From: an uncultured virus (IMG/VR IMGVR_UViG_3300021142_000017)
Taxonomy: Duplodnaviria; Heunggongvirae; Uroviricota; Caudoviricetes
Virus record (IMG/VR): IMGVR_UViG_3300021142_000017
Reading direction: 5' to 3' (one strand)
Length of the DNA stretch: 32,278 nt
In this document: positions 17,146-26,157 of the stretch, one piece after another
Position numbering within the stretch: the stretch's first letter is position 1
How the letters are laid out: each line of letters opens with the position of its first letter
Translations under genes and position numbers: made by a program
The notes under the pieces: generated by a model
Database searches by the model: none
What the model was told of the DNA's origin: nothing
Seen by the model: the letters and a program-made list of their open reading frames with translations, nothing else

Positions 17146-18915
17146 TTAGCTAAGAATTCCGCCCGTTACGTTTACTGTAAGGCTTCCAATACCAGTTGCA
17201 GATGGACTAGCTACAGTCCCTAATTCATACAATGTAGGTATTTCACTAGAAGCGCAAACAATATTTCCAACAGTCAAAGCTGTAACTGAGCCAGAAGCAG
17301 ATGCAGAAGATACGTTGGTTGCCACTACAGCGTAAGAAAATGTATTAGTTGTAACTCCAGTAACAACAAAAGTACCATTAAATGTTGAGTCTACTCCTGT
17401 AACAGACACTGTCTGACCTACAGTTAGCGTGTGGGTAGCAGAGGTTGTTAAGATAGCTACATTTGATGTTAGTGCCTTATTGTTGATTGTATAGGTTTGG
17501 TCTTGGTCAGCTCTAACCATTTTATTGATGCTTTGATAAGCAACTCCATCTACCGATGCAATAGCTGAGTACACATCTGATACAGCAATTGTGTCTCCAA
17601 AAACCACGTTATCAATATATAAAAGCGCATTCAAAGCCGCTGTAACGTTTGTTAATACAGAGGATTGCTTATATTGAGGCAAAACAGTTATGTTTACTAT
17701 TAAGTACACTCCAACATACTTAGGTGGTTGAAAAGTAATAGTTGTATTAGCTGGTGCCCTATCTGTTATAGCAGAAAGTACCTTTGTTGATAAGTTATTA
17801 AACACGGTTGTTGGGGTCACATTGTCAGAAGCAACTCCAGGGTCTCCAGTAGGAGCAAAGTATAAAGTTATAGAGGTATAAACGCTTGCAGTTGCTAATG
17901 CTTTAGATACGCCAGATACTTGAACAGCAAGAGCCGAGTAATCTGTTAAAGATACAGCCCTGTTGATTGCTCGAATACTTAAAGGGGCATTGATTCTAAT
18001 AGAGTCTGTTGATTCGGCATCCGAACCTCCAGTTGCCGCACCATCACCAGAAATTGTAATATCTTGATTTCCAACCGTAAGTCCGACAGGAATGGTGGAA
18101 CTAGGTACATTAATAATATAAGTAATTGTATTTGAGGCAACATTTCCTTGAGAGCCAGCACCTATTCTATACGTTGCATAAATTGCCACGCCATTTGGTG
18201 GAATTCTTCCACTGATACTATCTCCAAATGCTACATATGTGTATCCATCAGCATTAGTAAATGTTGTGTAAACAGGGTCATAGCTATTAGAATCAATTAA
18301 ATATTGAACTCTTTGGTATGAAACACCATTAATTGTAATTTGAACTGATGAATTAATTACTGAACTATTTGCTAATTGATACGATTGATTTGAACTTCCA
18401 TCAGATGTGCCGATGATTTCATTATAAACTGTCTCACCTTGAGTAGCAGTCACTGTGGCTGACCCATTAACCGCACCCACAGCAGCTGGGATAGATAACG
18501 CAGAATCGGTTTCAAATATAATTTGATTTGTAGTTGCGTTTTGAATTAATGAGGTGGCCACTTGAGTAAGAGCTGGGATGGTAATAATAGAGCCTGTTGA
18601 ATTTTGAAAAGTTAAAGTTACAGTAGCTGCTGTAATATCTGTTGGTGTATATCCAAGAAGATTAGATATTTGAAGAACGCTTGAGCGCTGAGTAGCTGTG
18701 GCAATAAAAGCCTCGTTAGCAGCGCGGTCAATGTAATAGTTTAGGATATCTCCCATGTAGGAAAATAGCTCCAACAAGGTCATACCAAAGTCTGCAGGGT
18801 CTCTATTTGTCCAATTAGGGGAGAAGTTAGGAATTAAGGTTGTCATATCAGACAAAATTGATGCGTAGTCTCTAGATGTGTAGTCTATAGACGGTACATA
18901 GTTACTTGTTGCCAT
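17146..18915 (-). CDS. Baseplate J-like wedge protein
   Basis: IDYTSRDY, WT...ADFG.TLLELF, FGD...GRIP, GG.DAES, RAVSL.DY. Confidence 0.92.
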   Translation of the reverse strand: MATSNYVPSIDYTSRDYASILSDMTTLIPNFSPNWTNRDPADFGMTLLELFSYMGDILNYYIDRAANEAFIATATQRSSVLQISNLLGYTPTDITAATVTLTFQNSTGSIITIPALTQVATSLIQNATTNQIIFETDSALSIPAAVGAVNGSATVTATQGETVYNEIIGTSDGSSNQSYQLANSSVINSSVQITINGVSYQRVQYLIDSNSYDPVYTTFTNADGYTYVAFGDSISGRIPPNGVAIYATYRIGAGSQGNVASNTITYIINVPSSTIPVGLTVGNQDITISGDGAATGGSDAESTDSIRINAPLSIRAINRAVSLTDYSALAVQVSGVSKALATASVYTSITLYFAPTGDPGVASDNVTPTTVFNNLSTKVLSAITDRAPANTTITFQPPKYVGVYLIVNITVLPQYKQSSVLTNVTAALNALLYIDNVVFGDTIAVSDVYSAIASVDGVAYQSINKMVRADQDQTYTINNKALTSNVAILTTSATHTLTVGQTVSVTGVDSTFNGTFVVTGVTTNTFSYAVVATNVSSASASGSVTALTVGNIVCASSEIPTLYELGTVASPSATGIGSLTVNVTGGILS

Positions 18916-19315
18916 ATGGAACCTCCGTAATTACATCCCCAGCTTGGCTAAGAATATCAGTTTTAACTGTTACAGTCTCAGGGTTCTGAGAGCTTCCGTA
19001 CTTATAAGTAATTGCCACATCTAAATGCCCATCATCTTGACTTATGGATGGGTCTACAGAGATAAGAGCTAGATAAGGCAGCATACTTGCAAATCCTTGT
19101 GATATTTCTTTTTTAATCATGGCTACCGCTGCGTTATTGTTTTCAAAAGATGAGGCGCGAACTCTTGTTCCATACCCAGGTCGCATTACTCTTTCGCTAA
19201 CTAAAGTCATAATTGCAAGAACTACTCTGTCCTGCATTATCTTCTTTTGGTCAGTAATGCTGTAGATAGCCCCATTATTATCAAAAGAAAAAGGCAAAGC
19301 AATTGCTTTACTCAT
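18902..19315 (-). CDS. gp25/GpW-like baseplate wedge (sheath initiator)
   Basis: ALPFSFD, T.VSERVMRPGYGT. It precedes baseplate J. Confidence 0.9.
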   Translation of the reverse strand: MSKAIALPFSFDNNGAIYSITDQKKIMQDRVVLAIMTLVSERVMRPGYGTRVRASSFENNNAAVAMIKKEISQGFASMLPYLALISVDPSISQDDGHLDVAITYKYGSSQNPETVTVKTDILSQAGDVITEVPYGNK

Positions 19316-19827
19316 AGTTCAACTCCCATCCATACTGGAAAATTAGGGTCTCCTGCAATAAACATAACCCATACTTTTTGTTTAACATCTGGAACTAGTC
19401 TATGAGGTGTGTGCTCTAAAGCGCTGGTTAAATCATTATATGCTCCAGAAGAAGCATTCCATTTATTTGTTTTACTTACTGTTGTAACGTGAGGGTGCTT
19501 CAAAGTTCCCGAGTTACCGCTATGAGCAGCGTTAAGAGTTACCGTGTGAGAATGTGAGCTAGACCCTGTTCCACCATCATTTACCGAACTTGTTGTAATT
19601 GTGTCCGTGTGGTTTACAAGTAAAGCGGCTACTTGAGCAGCAGTATGCGCTATGTGGTCAGGGTGATTAGAGTTATCTGTTACAGGAAGGCATGGCTTTG
19701 CCCAATCTGTTTCAGAGTCGCCTAATACTTGAGGCACTTTTAGTTTAATCATAGACTTTTTAGTAGGGTCTTGATTATTAGTGCAAATGCCCTCATATAT
19801 TCCGTAAAAGCGTTTGTCTTCGTTCAT
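19312..19827 (-). CDS. Baseplate spike, gp5/gpV/VgrG OB-fold, with a His-rich insertion
   Basis: FYGIYEG.C.NNQDP...IKLKVP...WAKPC and VP.V.QKVWVMFIAGDPNFPVWMG. Confidence 0.85.
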   Translation of the reverse strand: MNEDKRFYGIYEGICTNNQDPTKKSMIKLKVPQVLGDSETDWAKPCLPVTDNSNHPDHIAHTAAQVAALLVNHTDTITTSSVNDGGTGSSSHSHTVTLNAAHSGNSGTLKHPHVTTVSKTNKWNASSGAYNDLTSALEHTPHRLVPDVKQKVWVMFIAGDPNFPVWMGVEL

Positions 19828-21155
19828 AGTATTCTAGGTATCTTTGTTAGTAATCGATTAGAGGTTTGAACAGTGCTCCCAACTGGTTGCGCTGCTGGGT
19901 TAAGTGTAGCTGTTGCTGAAACCCAAACTGGACCATTAGTTGTAGTTTTAGCTCTATTAGCTAAAGTTCCAAATGACCCTACCGATTGAGGGCCTAGGTT
20001 AGGTGATGTTTTTAATATGTTAGAGGCTGGCACAATTGCTGTTTGGCGCACATTTGGTATAACAGTTCGTGCTGGAGTAGCGGCTGGTTGTGTAATTACT
20101 TTTCCATCTGTCCATGCAACAGCAGCCCCCAAAGAATCAGTTCCTACAGTAAGAATAGTTGTATAAATTTGGCTATTTCTTTCTTTTTCTATAACCTTAT
20201 GCTCTGCGCTAAGAATGGTCCAATAGCCAGTATAGTAATTGCCTAAACCGTCTAAGTAAATAGGCAAATCTGGTCTTAAAGTAGGATTGCCTAATACCTC
20301 TACTGTAGCTCTGTAAGGAAATGCGTTCCTATCATCAGCTGCTTTGGATTCATGCTTAGCAACTGCCGCAGTTGTTGCTACCACATGGGTATGAAATTTA
20401 TCATAAAATTCTGTAGATGATTTGGCTTTAGTTACTTTTGCTTTGTTTTTAGTTGTTAAAGCTATAGGTGTAGTTGTTGCTGTATCTAAACCAGATACCG
20501 CAACCGCAGCCTTCATATCGCCGTCATAAGTTAAAGACTCACCTATCATAGGTTCAAAAGAATATATAGTGGAGCCGTTAGGGTCATTTGAATCACGCAT
20601 TACAAAATAAGCTGCTTCTGACCTTTTGCTAGTATATTCATAAAGCATTGGCTGAAAATAAATCTCTGTGTTTTCGGCTCTTAGGCTATATCCTGATTGT
20701 TTAGCCAACCTAACCATTAGCTCCCAATCTGTATGACCAGCTTGGGATACTTGAGGATATATACGGGGATGCCCAACGGTAAATGCAACAAATTTATATT
20801 TTTTAGCAATCTTTTGAATAATTGCATCAGCAGATAGGCCTTTATAAACGTATTGTGATTCATTTTTCATAACCATTGAGGCACCTACCACCACAACTTC
20901 AGTTAAAAAGGAGCCAGGGGTTCTGCTAACATTTACATGGTGAACATAGCCTTTAAATGTTTTTGAGGTTTTAGTGTTACCTATAGTAAACTGTATTGGA
21001 GAACCACTTTCCACAACATCATACCTAACAGCCCAGTCTCTAAATTGAATTACAGCTATCTCATGCTCATATTTAGTTTGATAAAATTGCATGGAGTATA
21101 CATATGAGGGTCCTACTGTTGTATTTGGAAAAGTTACTGTAACATAATTAAACAT
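19824..21155 (-). CDS. Baseplate hub protein (P2 gpD / gp27-like)
   Basis: I..IAKKY, Q...TDWE...RLA...GY, GNPTLRP...I.L.GLG..Y.GYW.I....H; synteny. Confidence 0.85.
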   Translation of the reverse strand: MFNYVTVTFPNTTVGPSYVYSMQFYQTKYEHEIAVIQFRDWAVRYDVVESGSPIQFTIGNTKTSKTFKGYVHHVNVSRTPGSFLTEVVVVGASMVMKNESQYVYKGLSADAIIQKIAKKYKFVAFTVGHPRIYPQVSQAGHTDWELMVRLAKQSGYSLRAENTEIYFQPMLYEYTSKRSEAAYFVMRDSNDPNGSTIYSFEPMIGESLTYDGDMKAAVAVSGLDTATTTPIALTTKNKAKVTKAKSSTEFYDKFHTHVVATTAAVAKHESKAADDRNAFPYRATVEVLGNPTLRPDLPIYLDGLGNYYTGYWTILSAEHKVIEKERNSQIYTTILTVGTDSLGAAVAWTDGKVITQPAATPARTVIPNVRQTAIVPASNILKTSPNLGPQSVGSFGTLANRAKTTTNGPVWVSATATLNPAAQPVGSTVQTSNRLLTKIPRIL

Positions 21156-21429
21156 TTGGTATTTTTAAAACCGTCCCTACTGGAATAGCTGTAAAGTCAG
21201 CAACTTGAGGATTAAATTCAGGAATAATCCACCAAAAAGCTGGGTCTTTATAATACTTAAACGCAATTTGGTCTAGGCGTTCACCTTCAACATAACTATG
21301 TTCAATGTATGTTACTCCACCTAAAGTTGTAAAATCATAAAATACAATTGGATTAGCTTGTCCATTTAAAGTTTTAGATACAAAATCAATTGTAGAGTAC
21401 TCATATCTAGAGCCTTTATAAATTGTCAT
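21148..21429 (-). CDS. LysM / P2 gpX-like baseplate protein
   Basis: EGERLDQIAFKYYKDP..WWII...NP......G..LKIP. Confidence 0.88.
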   Translation of the reverse strand: MTIYKGSRYEYSTIDFVSKTLNGQANPIVFYDFTTLGGVTYIEHSYVEGERLDQIAFKYYKDPAFWWIIPEFNPQVADFTAIPVGTVLKIPNV

Positions 21430-21431
21430 TA

Positions 21432-22523
21432 TTACCCCTTACTTAATAATGAAACACGAGAAAAAGCGTTAAAGGACATAGTAATTTCTGAATGAATTGG
21501 AATCATATCTTCTGTAAACATAGTGTGATTTATGCTTAAACTTTCCACCCAACCTACATAGGAAAGGCTATCTGGATTTGGACCTAGTTGAAGTGCAATT
21601 GCGGTAGGAGATAAAAATGATAAATCTGCTGTTTGTCTATTTAAAGCATTTACCCAAACAAGGTCTGTTCTAGAGCTATCTGAACGTCCAGAGCCATTAA
21701 TCATTTTATATATAAATTCAATGTCCGCCATAGTTCCCTTTTTCATTAAATCATCAATAAGGGCTGGGATATCTTGTAATTTTCCCGCAGTGCCTCCTGC
21801 GTTATAGTAATTAGCAAAAGTTGAAGCTGGAGAAGCTGAGTAAGGTGAGTATGAACTTTTAAAACAAGCAAAGTCATTAACCCTATCAATTACAATAGTT
21901 AGTTGAATAGCTTCCATAGCTGTAAAAAGACCACTTAAAGCAGCATGAGCGTCTAAAGCACTGGGTACCACATTAGCGTTTCTTGTTAATACACTGCTAA
22001 ATTGTTGTGGATTCCACAAAAATTGAAAACCCCAATGGGTATTTTCATCTATAGATTTTGTAGTTCCATTTGTTTTAGCTGTTGATGCGTCATTGCTTGG
22101 GGTCAAAATACCATTGCTACTAACACCTGTTGCGTCTGCGTAATACCACATGATAGCTCTGCGAGTTGAATTGTCAACGTTTGATATACCAAAATTGCTT
22201 ACTGAAGTATCAAATCTACGAGGTTCAACAGGCAAACTCCAAGCATGTGGAGGTAAGTTAAACTGCATTGTTGTTGGGGCCGCGTAGGTAGCAGGGGTAA
22301 ACGGTGCTGGTCCAGGTTTTTGTTGTCCAGCTGCCGCTGCCGCTGCAGTTTTTTTAGCCATATATAAAAGACCTGCATTTTGTCGAGTAGTTATTGGTTC
22401 ATTAACATTAACCCCAGCAGGTACTTTGGTAAAAAAGTTTGCTATTCCAGTTATAGCTCTTCTTAAAGGGGTACCTGTATTAGTTTTTGTAGCTGAACTT
22501 TTACCAGAAGTTGTACTTGCCAT
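21432..22523 (-). CDS. Tail tube initiator-like baseplate protein
   Basis: GFQFLWNP and Y.GWVESLSI.H.MF...MIP motifs. It sits between the tape measure and LysM genes. Confidence 0.65.
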   Translation of the reverse strand: MASTTSGKSSATKTNTGTPLRRAITGIANFFTKVPAGVNVNEPITTRQNAGLLYMAKKTAAAAAAGQQKPGPAPFTPATYAAPTTMQFNLPPHAWSLPVEPRRFDTSVSNFGISNVDNSTRRAIMWYYADATGVSSNGILTPSNDASTAKTNGTTKSIDENTHWGFQFLWNPQQFSSVLTRNANVVPSALDAHAALSGLFTAMEAIQLTIVIDRVNDFACFKSSYSPYSASPASTFANYYNAGGTAGKLQDIPALIDDLMKKGTMADIEFIYKMINGSGRSDSSRTDLVWVNALNRQTADLSFLSPTAIALQLGPNPDSLSYVGWVESLSINHTMFTEDMIPIHSEITMSFNAFSRVSLLSKG

Positions 22524-24524
22524 TTATTTCTTTCCTATCGTTTGAGTAGGATTTTGTAAAATCTTTTTAACTTCTGATGCAACTTTATTTGGGTCTGTTA
22601 TACCGTTTACATTAATAGTAAACCCACCATAATTAATGTTTCCTCCGCCACTTGCTCCTCCGCCAAAAGCAGCAGCTTGGGCAGCGGCAAATCTTGAAGC
22701 AGCAGTGGGGTCGCCTTGAGAAGAAGCATTAGTAAAAGGTGCATCACCAGATTGAGTTGTTATTGTAGAATTCCATTTACCATGAATTGCTTGTACACCT
22801 AACTTAGCTCTATTAGCTGCAGCGGCATCGCTTTGGTTCAGCGGTTTTTCAAACTGACGCATAAATAAAGCTGCAGCATTTCCTTCAGTAACGCTTTTGT
22901 TAGTTAATCCTTTATACAAAGATGGATTATTTTTAATTTCATGTAAAAGAAATTGTTGTTGAGCCTCTACAGACGATGGGTTTAAACCTAATTTTTTAGA
23001 AAAAACATTTAAAGAATTCCAACGACTATTGTGCCATTGAGCAATGCCATAAGAAGTTCCGCTATCTCCAATAGCATTGGTATTTAAATTTGATTCTGCA
23101 ACTAAATTGCCAATAACTCCTGTAGCCCCACTAGGGCTTATTCCATTTTTTGTTAAAAAATTAAATATTTCCGTTGGGGTTGCCCCACTAGATTTAGTTA
23201 CCCCACCTTTGTCTCTATTCAATCCCAACATATTGTTTGGGACCACAACTCCATCTGTTTTAGGGACAAAAAGTTCAGGCCCCTTTTCACCAACCATATA
23301 CGGCACCTTAGCATTGGCATCCCCACCTTCAGCTAAAGCAAGTCCTAAAAATGGAAGTATTTCTAATAAAGCTTTTGGAAGAACATTTTTAAATAAACTT
23401 TTTGCAGCAAGACCTAATCCAGCTTTTCCTAAACCACCAGCAGCCCCTCCACCAAGCCCCATAACACCTGTACCAAACCCTTTTGCACCACCAAGCGCTG
23501 CAGTTAATCCACCCATAGCAGCAGCAAGGTTATTCATACCAGTTCCAATATCAGCAGCTCCAGCATACCCACCAGCAGTTGCAGAAGCTGTTGTTGTAAG
23601 AAGATTTGTTTGAGCAGCCGTTTGATTTCCAATAGCTTTTATAGTTGCTGATTGAATTCCAGCTTGAACCATTTGTTCTTTGCTAATTGTTCCAAGAGAT
23701 TGACCACTAAAAGTTGCTTTAGCAAGAAGAGCATCTGAGACCATTTTAATCATTGTTGGGTCGCCATTAAACAGGCCACTTAGCATGTTGTATACGCCGT
23801 AACCTGGTTGCATAGAATATTGAAGAGACTTTTTATCCATGCCACGTCCACCACTATTTTGGCTAATAAACGCCCAAATTTTATCTACTAGTTGTGGGAA
23901 AGGCATCATGCTTCCATCCGCACCGCGAATGTTAATTCCAATTGTTCTTGCAAGGTTTACGGTTGTAGGCGCGTTCATTGTTCCAGCAATTGCTTGGGTA
24001 GCTCCAGTAATACCAATACCAGGAGTTAAATTAGAAGCTTGTGCGGCCCCAGCCATAACTTTATTAAAGTTGCTTACTCCACCAAGGCCAGCATTTTGCG
24101 CAGCAATGATTGCATTAGTAGAGTCCATGCTGTTAAGGGCTGTGCCCTGTTTAGCAAGTTGACGTTGAAACGAGTTTACGGCTCCACCAGTAGAACCAAG
24201 TCCATAAAAAACAGAACGTTGAGTTAAAAAATCTTGCATAACAGATGTAGGAACATTAGGCATAGCTCCTATTGCAGCTCCTGCAGTGGCAACTCCCATG
24301 GCTATTCTATTTGAGTTGCCTCCACCAGGTCCTGACATTACTTGGTTAACGCCACCGCCACCTCCACCCATTCCCATACCTTTAAAGGCTGAAGAAAGGG
24401 CGTTAACTTTAGGTAGGAGTGTGTTTTCAATGGTTGAGGCAAGTTGCAAAATATCTTTGTTAATACTTGTAACAGTATTAGATATGCCGCCTAAGCCCAT
24501 AGCATTCTTGCTATCGTCAGCCAT
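22524..24524 (-). CDS. Tape measure protein with a C-terminal phage-tail lysozyme domain
   Basis: Ala/Gly-rich body; VGEKGPELFVP; lysozyme GVIGNLVAES...GIAQW..SRW...FEKP. Follows the chaperone genes. SD AGGAGG. Confidence 0.88.
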   Translation of the reverse strand: MADDSKNAMGLGGISNTVTSINKDILQLASTIENTLLPKVNALSSAFKGMGMGGGGGGVNQVMSGPGGGNSNRIAMGVATAGAAIGAMPNVPTSVMQDFLTQRSVFYGLGSTGGAVNSFQRQLAKQGTALNSMDSTNAIIAAQNAGLGGVSNFNKVMAGAAQASNLTPGIGITGATQAIAGTMNAPTTVNLARTIGINIRGADGSMMPFPQLVDKIWAFISQNSGGRGMDKKSLQYSMQPGYGVYNMLSGLFNGDPTMIKMVSDALLAKATFSGQSLGTISKEQMVQAGIQSATIKAIGNQTAAQTNLLTTTASATAGGYAGAADIGTGMNNLAAAMGGLTAALGGAKGFGTGVMGLGGGAAGGLGKAGLGLAAKSLFKNVLPKALLEILPFLGLALAEGGDANAKVPYMVGEKGPELFVPKTDGVVVPNNMLGLNRDKGGVTKSSGATPTEIFNFLTKNGISPSGATGVIGNLVAESNLNTNAIGDSGTSYGIAQWHNSRWNSLNVFSKKLGLNPSSVEAQQQFLLHEIKNNPSLYKGLTNKSVTEGNAAALFMRQFEKPLNQSDAAAANRAKLGVQAIHGKWNSTITTQSGDAPFTNASSQGDPTAASRFAAAQAAAFGGGASGGGNINYGGFTINVNGITDPNKVASEVKKILQNPTQTIGKK

Positions 24525-24526
24525 TT

Positions 24527-24680
24527 TTACCTCCTACCTCGCATAGCTCGTTGAATCCAATTAAGCCGTTCTCTAGCAGATAAACTTCTTATATCTGCAA
24601 GTGTCCAACCAGTAAAGTTTCTTGTTATAGATTCATACTGGTCGAGCAATTTTTCATAATCCGCTTCGCTATAGGCGAAA
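24527..24680 (-). CDS. Small tail assembly chaperone partner (T4 gp51 / DUF6760-like), possibly made by frameshift
   Basis: YEKLLDQYESITRNFTGWTLADIRSLSARERLNWI in the +1 frame relative to the upstream chaperone. No convincing SD or start. Confidence 0.7.
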
Positions 24681-25460
24681 CAAATCGACAAGACTAAGTG
24701 GTAGAGAGATAAACTCACCACATGCCTTGCAGGTCTTCTTCACCTCCCCAAGGCGTGGGCCTGGGTTGCGGTTTAGAATTTCTTCTATAATCTTTGTGCG
24801 GTCAGACATACTTAGATTTAATACTGTGCTCGCACCCATGGAAGGCTCGTCATTAACTGACAAAACGCATCCAGAGAGAAGAAGAGTATTAATCTCTGCT
24901 GATGTTTTTTCTGCATTTTCTAATAGTTTCTTTTGAATAAGACCTGTAGGAAGAGTTACTGTTACATAACCTTTCTTAGTCTCTATTCTCCATGTTCTAT
25001 CAGCAACAGAATCATTAAGTTCTTTTACTGGAACATCTGTAGCTAAATCAATAGATATATCTTGAGATTCTGCGCAATTGCCACAGACAATAGATAGGTC
25101 TAAAGTTTCACCAAAAGTGATACGGCGCACACCTATTAAGATGGCATCGCGGTCTCCAGATAGAAGTTTGTCTAAATCTTCAATGGTTGCTTCTTTTGAA
25201 CCAAGTTTGACAAGGCCTCTTTGCAAAAGAACATTGAGAGCCTTACCAGTAGTCGATGCTTTGGCAATAGCCTCTTCATCAATACCAGTTAGCTCTCGAA
25301 CTTCTGCTGTCTTAATGACTTCACCATTTTCTATAAAGCCGCCAGGTAATATGACTTCTGGCCCTAGAGGAGCCTTGGTCTCAATTACTTGAGTTGGCTC
25401 CTCCATTGCCTGTTGCGCAAACTTATTTACTAAGTCCGCATCTGTAATAATTTGTGTCAC
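24669..25460 (-). CDS. Tail/baseplate hub assembly chaperone (T4 gp26-like)
   Basis: VRELTG.DEE, LLSGDRDAILIGVRRITFG, two CxxC motifs. Lies between tube and tape measure. SD AGGAG with GTG start. Confidence 0.78.
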   Translation of the reverse strand: MTQIITDADLVNKFAQQAMEEPTQVIETKAPLGPEVILPGGFIENGEVIKTAEVRELTGIDEEAIAKASTTGKALNVLLQRGLVKLGSKEATIEDLDKLLSGDRDAILIGVRRITFGETLDLSIVCGNCAESQDISIDLATDVPVKELNDSVADRTWRIETKKGYVTVTLPTGLIQKKLLENAEKTSAEINTLLLSGCVLSVNDEPSMGASTVLNLSMSDRTKIIEEILNRNPGPRLGEVKKTCKACGEFISLPLSLVDLFRL

Positions 25461-25485
25461 GTTTAGTTCTCCTAATTAATTAGTC

Positions 25486-26142
25486 TTAGAGTGTTGCTAG
25501 AGGTGTAGCTGGGTCTGCTGGAGTTCCATCTGCATTGGTGTAATAAACAGATAGTCCTTCGTGAACCAATTGCATGGTTTCAAAAAGAATTGCTCCGTTT
25601 GTAGCATCCAAGTCGGTATAGTTTAGCCCAGTAATCCACGCATTGTGAATTTTAAAGGCCATTTTAGCTCTATCAGCTGTTGCATTTGTATTTGGGTGGT
25701 CATTAACTGTCAATGTAATATCTACACGGAAGTTTCCTGGTGTAGATGAACCGTTAAGGCCAGAACCCTGAGCAGCTGAAAACATACCGCGCATCCATGC
25801 GATAGCTTGGTCGTTTCCATATAGAACACCTCGTGAGAAGGTAATTGGTGAGAAGGTGGTCATTCCAGGAATCTGGTGAACAGTCGTGTTGTATCCGCCT
25901 TCACGGTATTGAATAGCCTGTGTGTTGATAGACAACCCACTGACGTTTGTAAATCCTCCGACCCAGCCAGTTGAAACTCCACTTGTAGGTGGTGTTACTG
26001 TTCCAGCAGCGTCTTGGATGCGCTTATCAAATGGAGCAGTAGCATCTCCAGCTGATTGCTTAAAGCTAGCAGTAAATCTAAACCCGCGAAGTGGGTCAGT
26101 TGCTAGACTTGAGTTATAGGTAGCTAGTGTTGAACTTGCCAT
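25486..26142 (-). CDS. Tail tube protein (T4 gp19-like)
   Basis: DPLRGFRF, GF..VSGL......YREGG.N....IPG...F.PITF.RG, DLDA....I..E...L.HEG. Confidence 0.93.
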   Translation of the reverse strand: MASSTLATYNSSLATDPLRGFRFTASFKQSAGDATAPFDKRIQDAAGTVTPPTSGVSTGWVGGFTNVSGLSINTQAIQYREGGYNTTVHQIPGMTTFSPITFSRGVLYGNDQAIAWMRGMFSAAQGSGLNGSSTPGNFRVDITLTVNDHPNTNATADRAKMAFKIHNAWITGLNYTDLDATNGAILFETMQLVHEGLSVYYTNADGTPADPATPLATL

Positions 26143-26157
26143 TTTTATTTATCTCCT

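Noticed and set aside
24654..24671. TAG readthrough or genetic code reassignment
   Set aside because: Readthrough of the chaperone TAG reaches TGA after four codons. TAA, TAG and TGA all end normal-length genes in this window.
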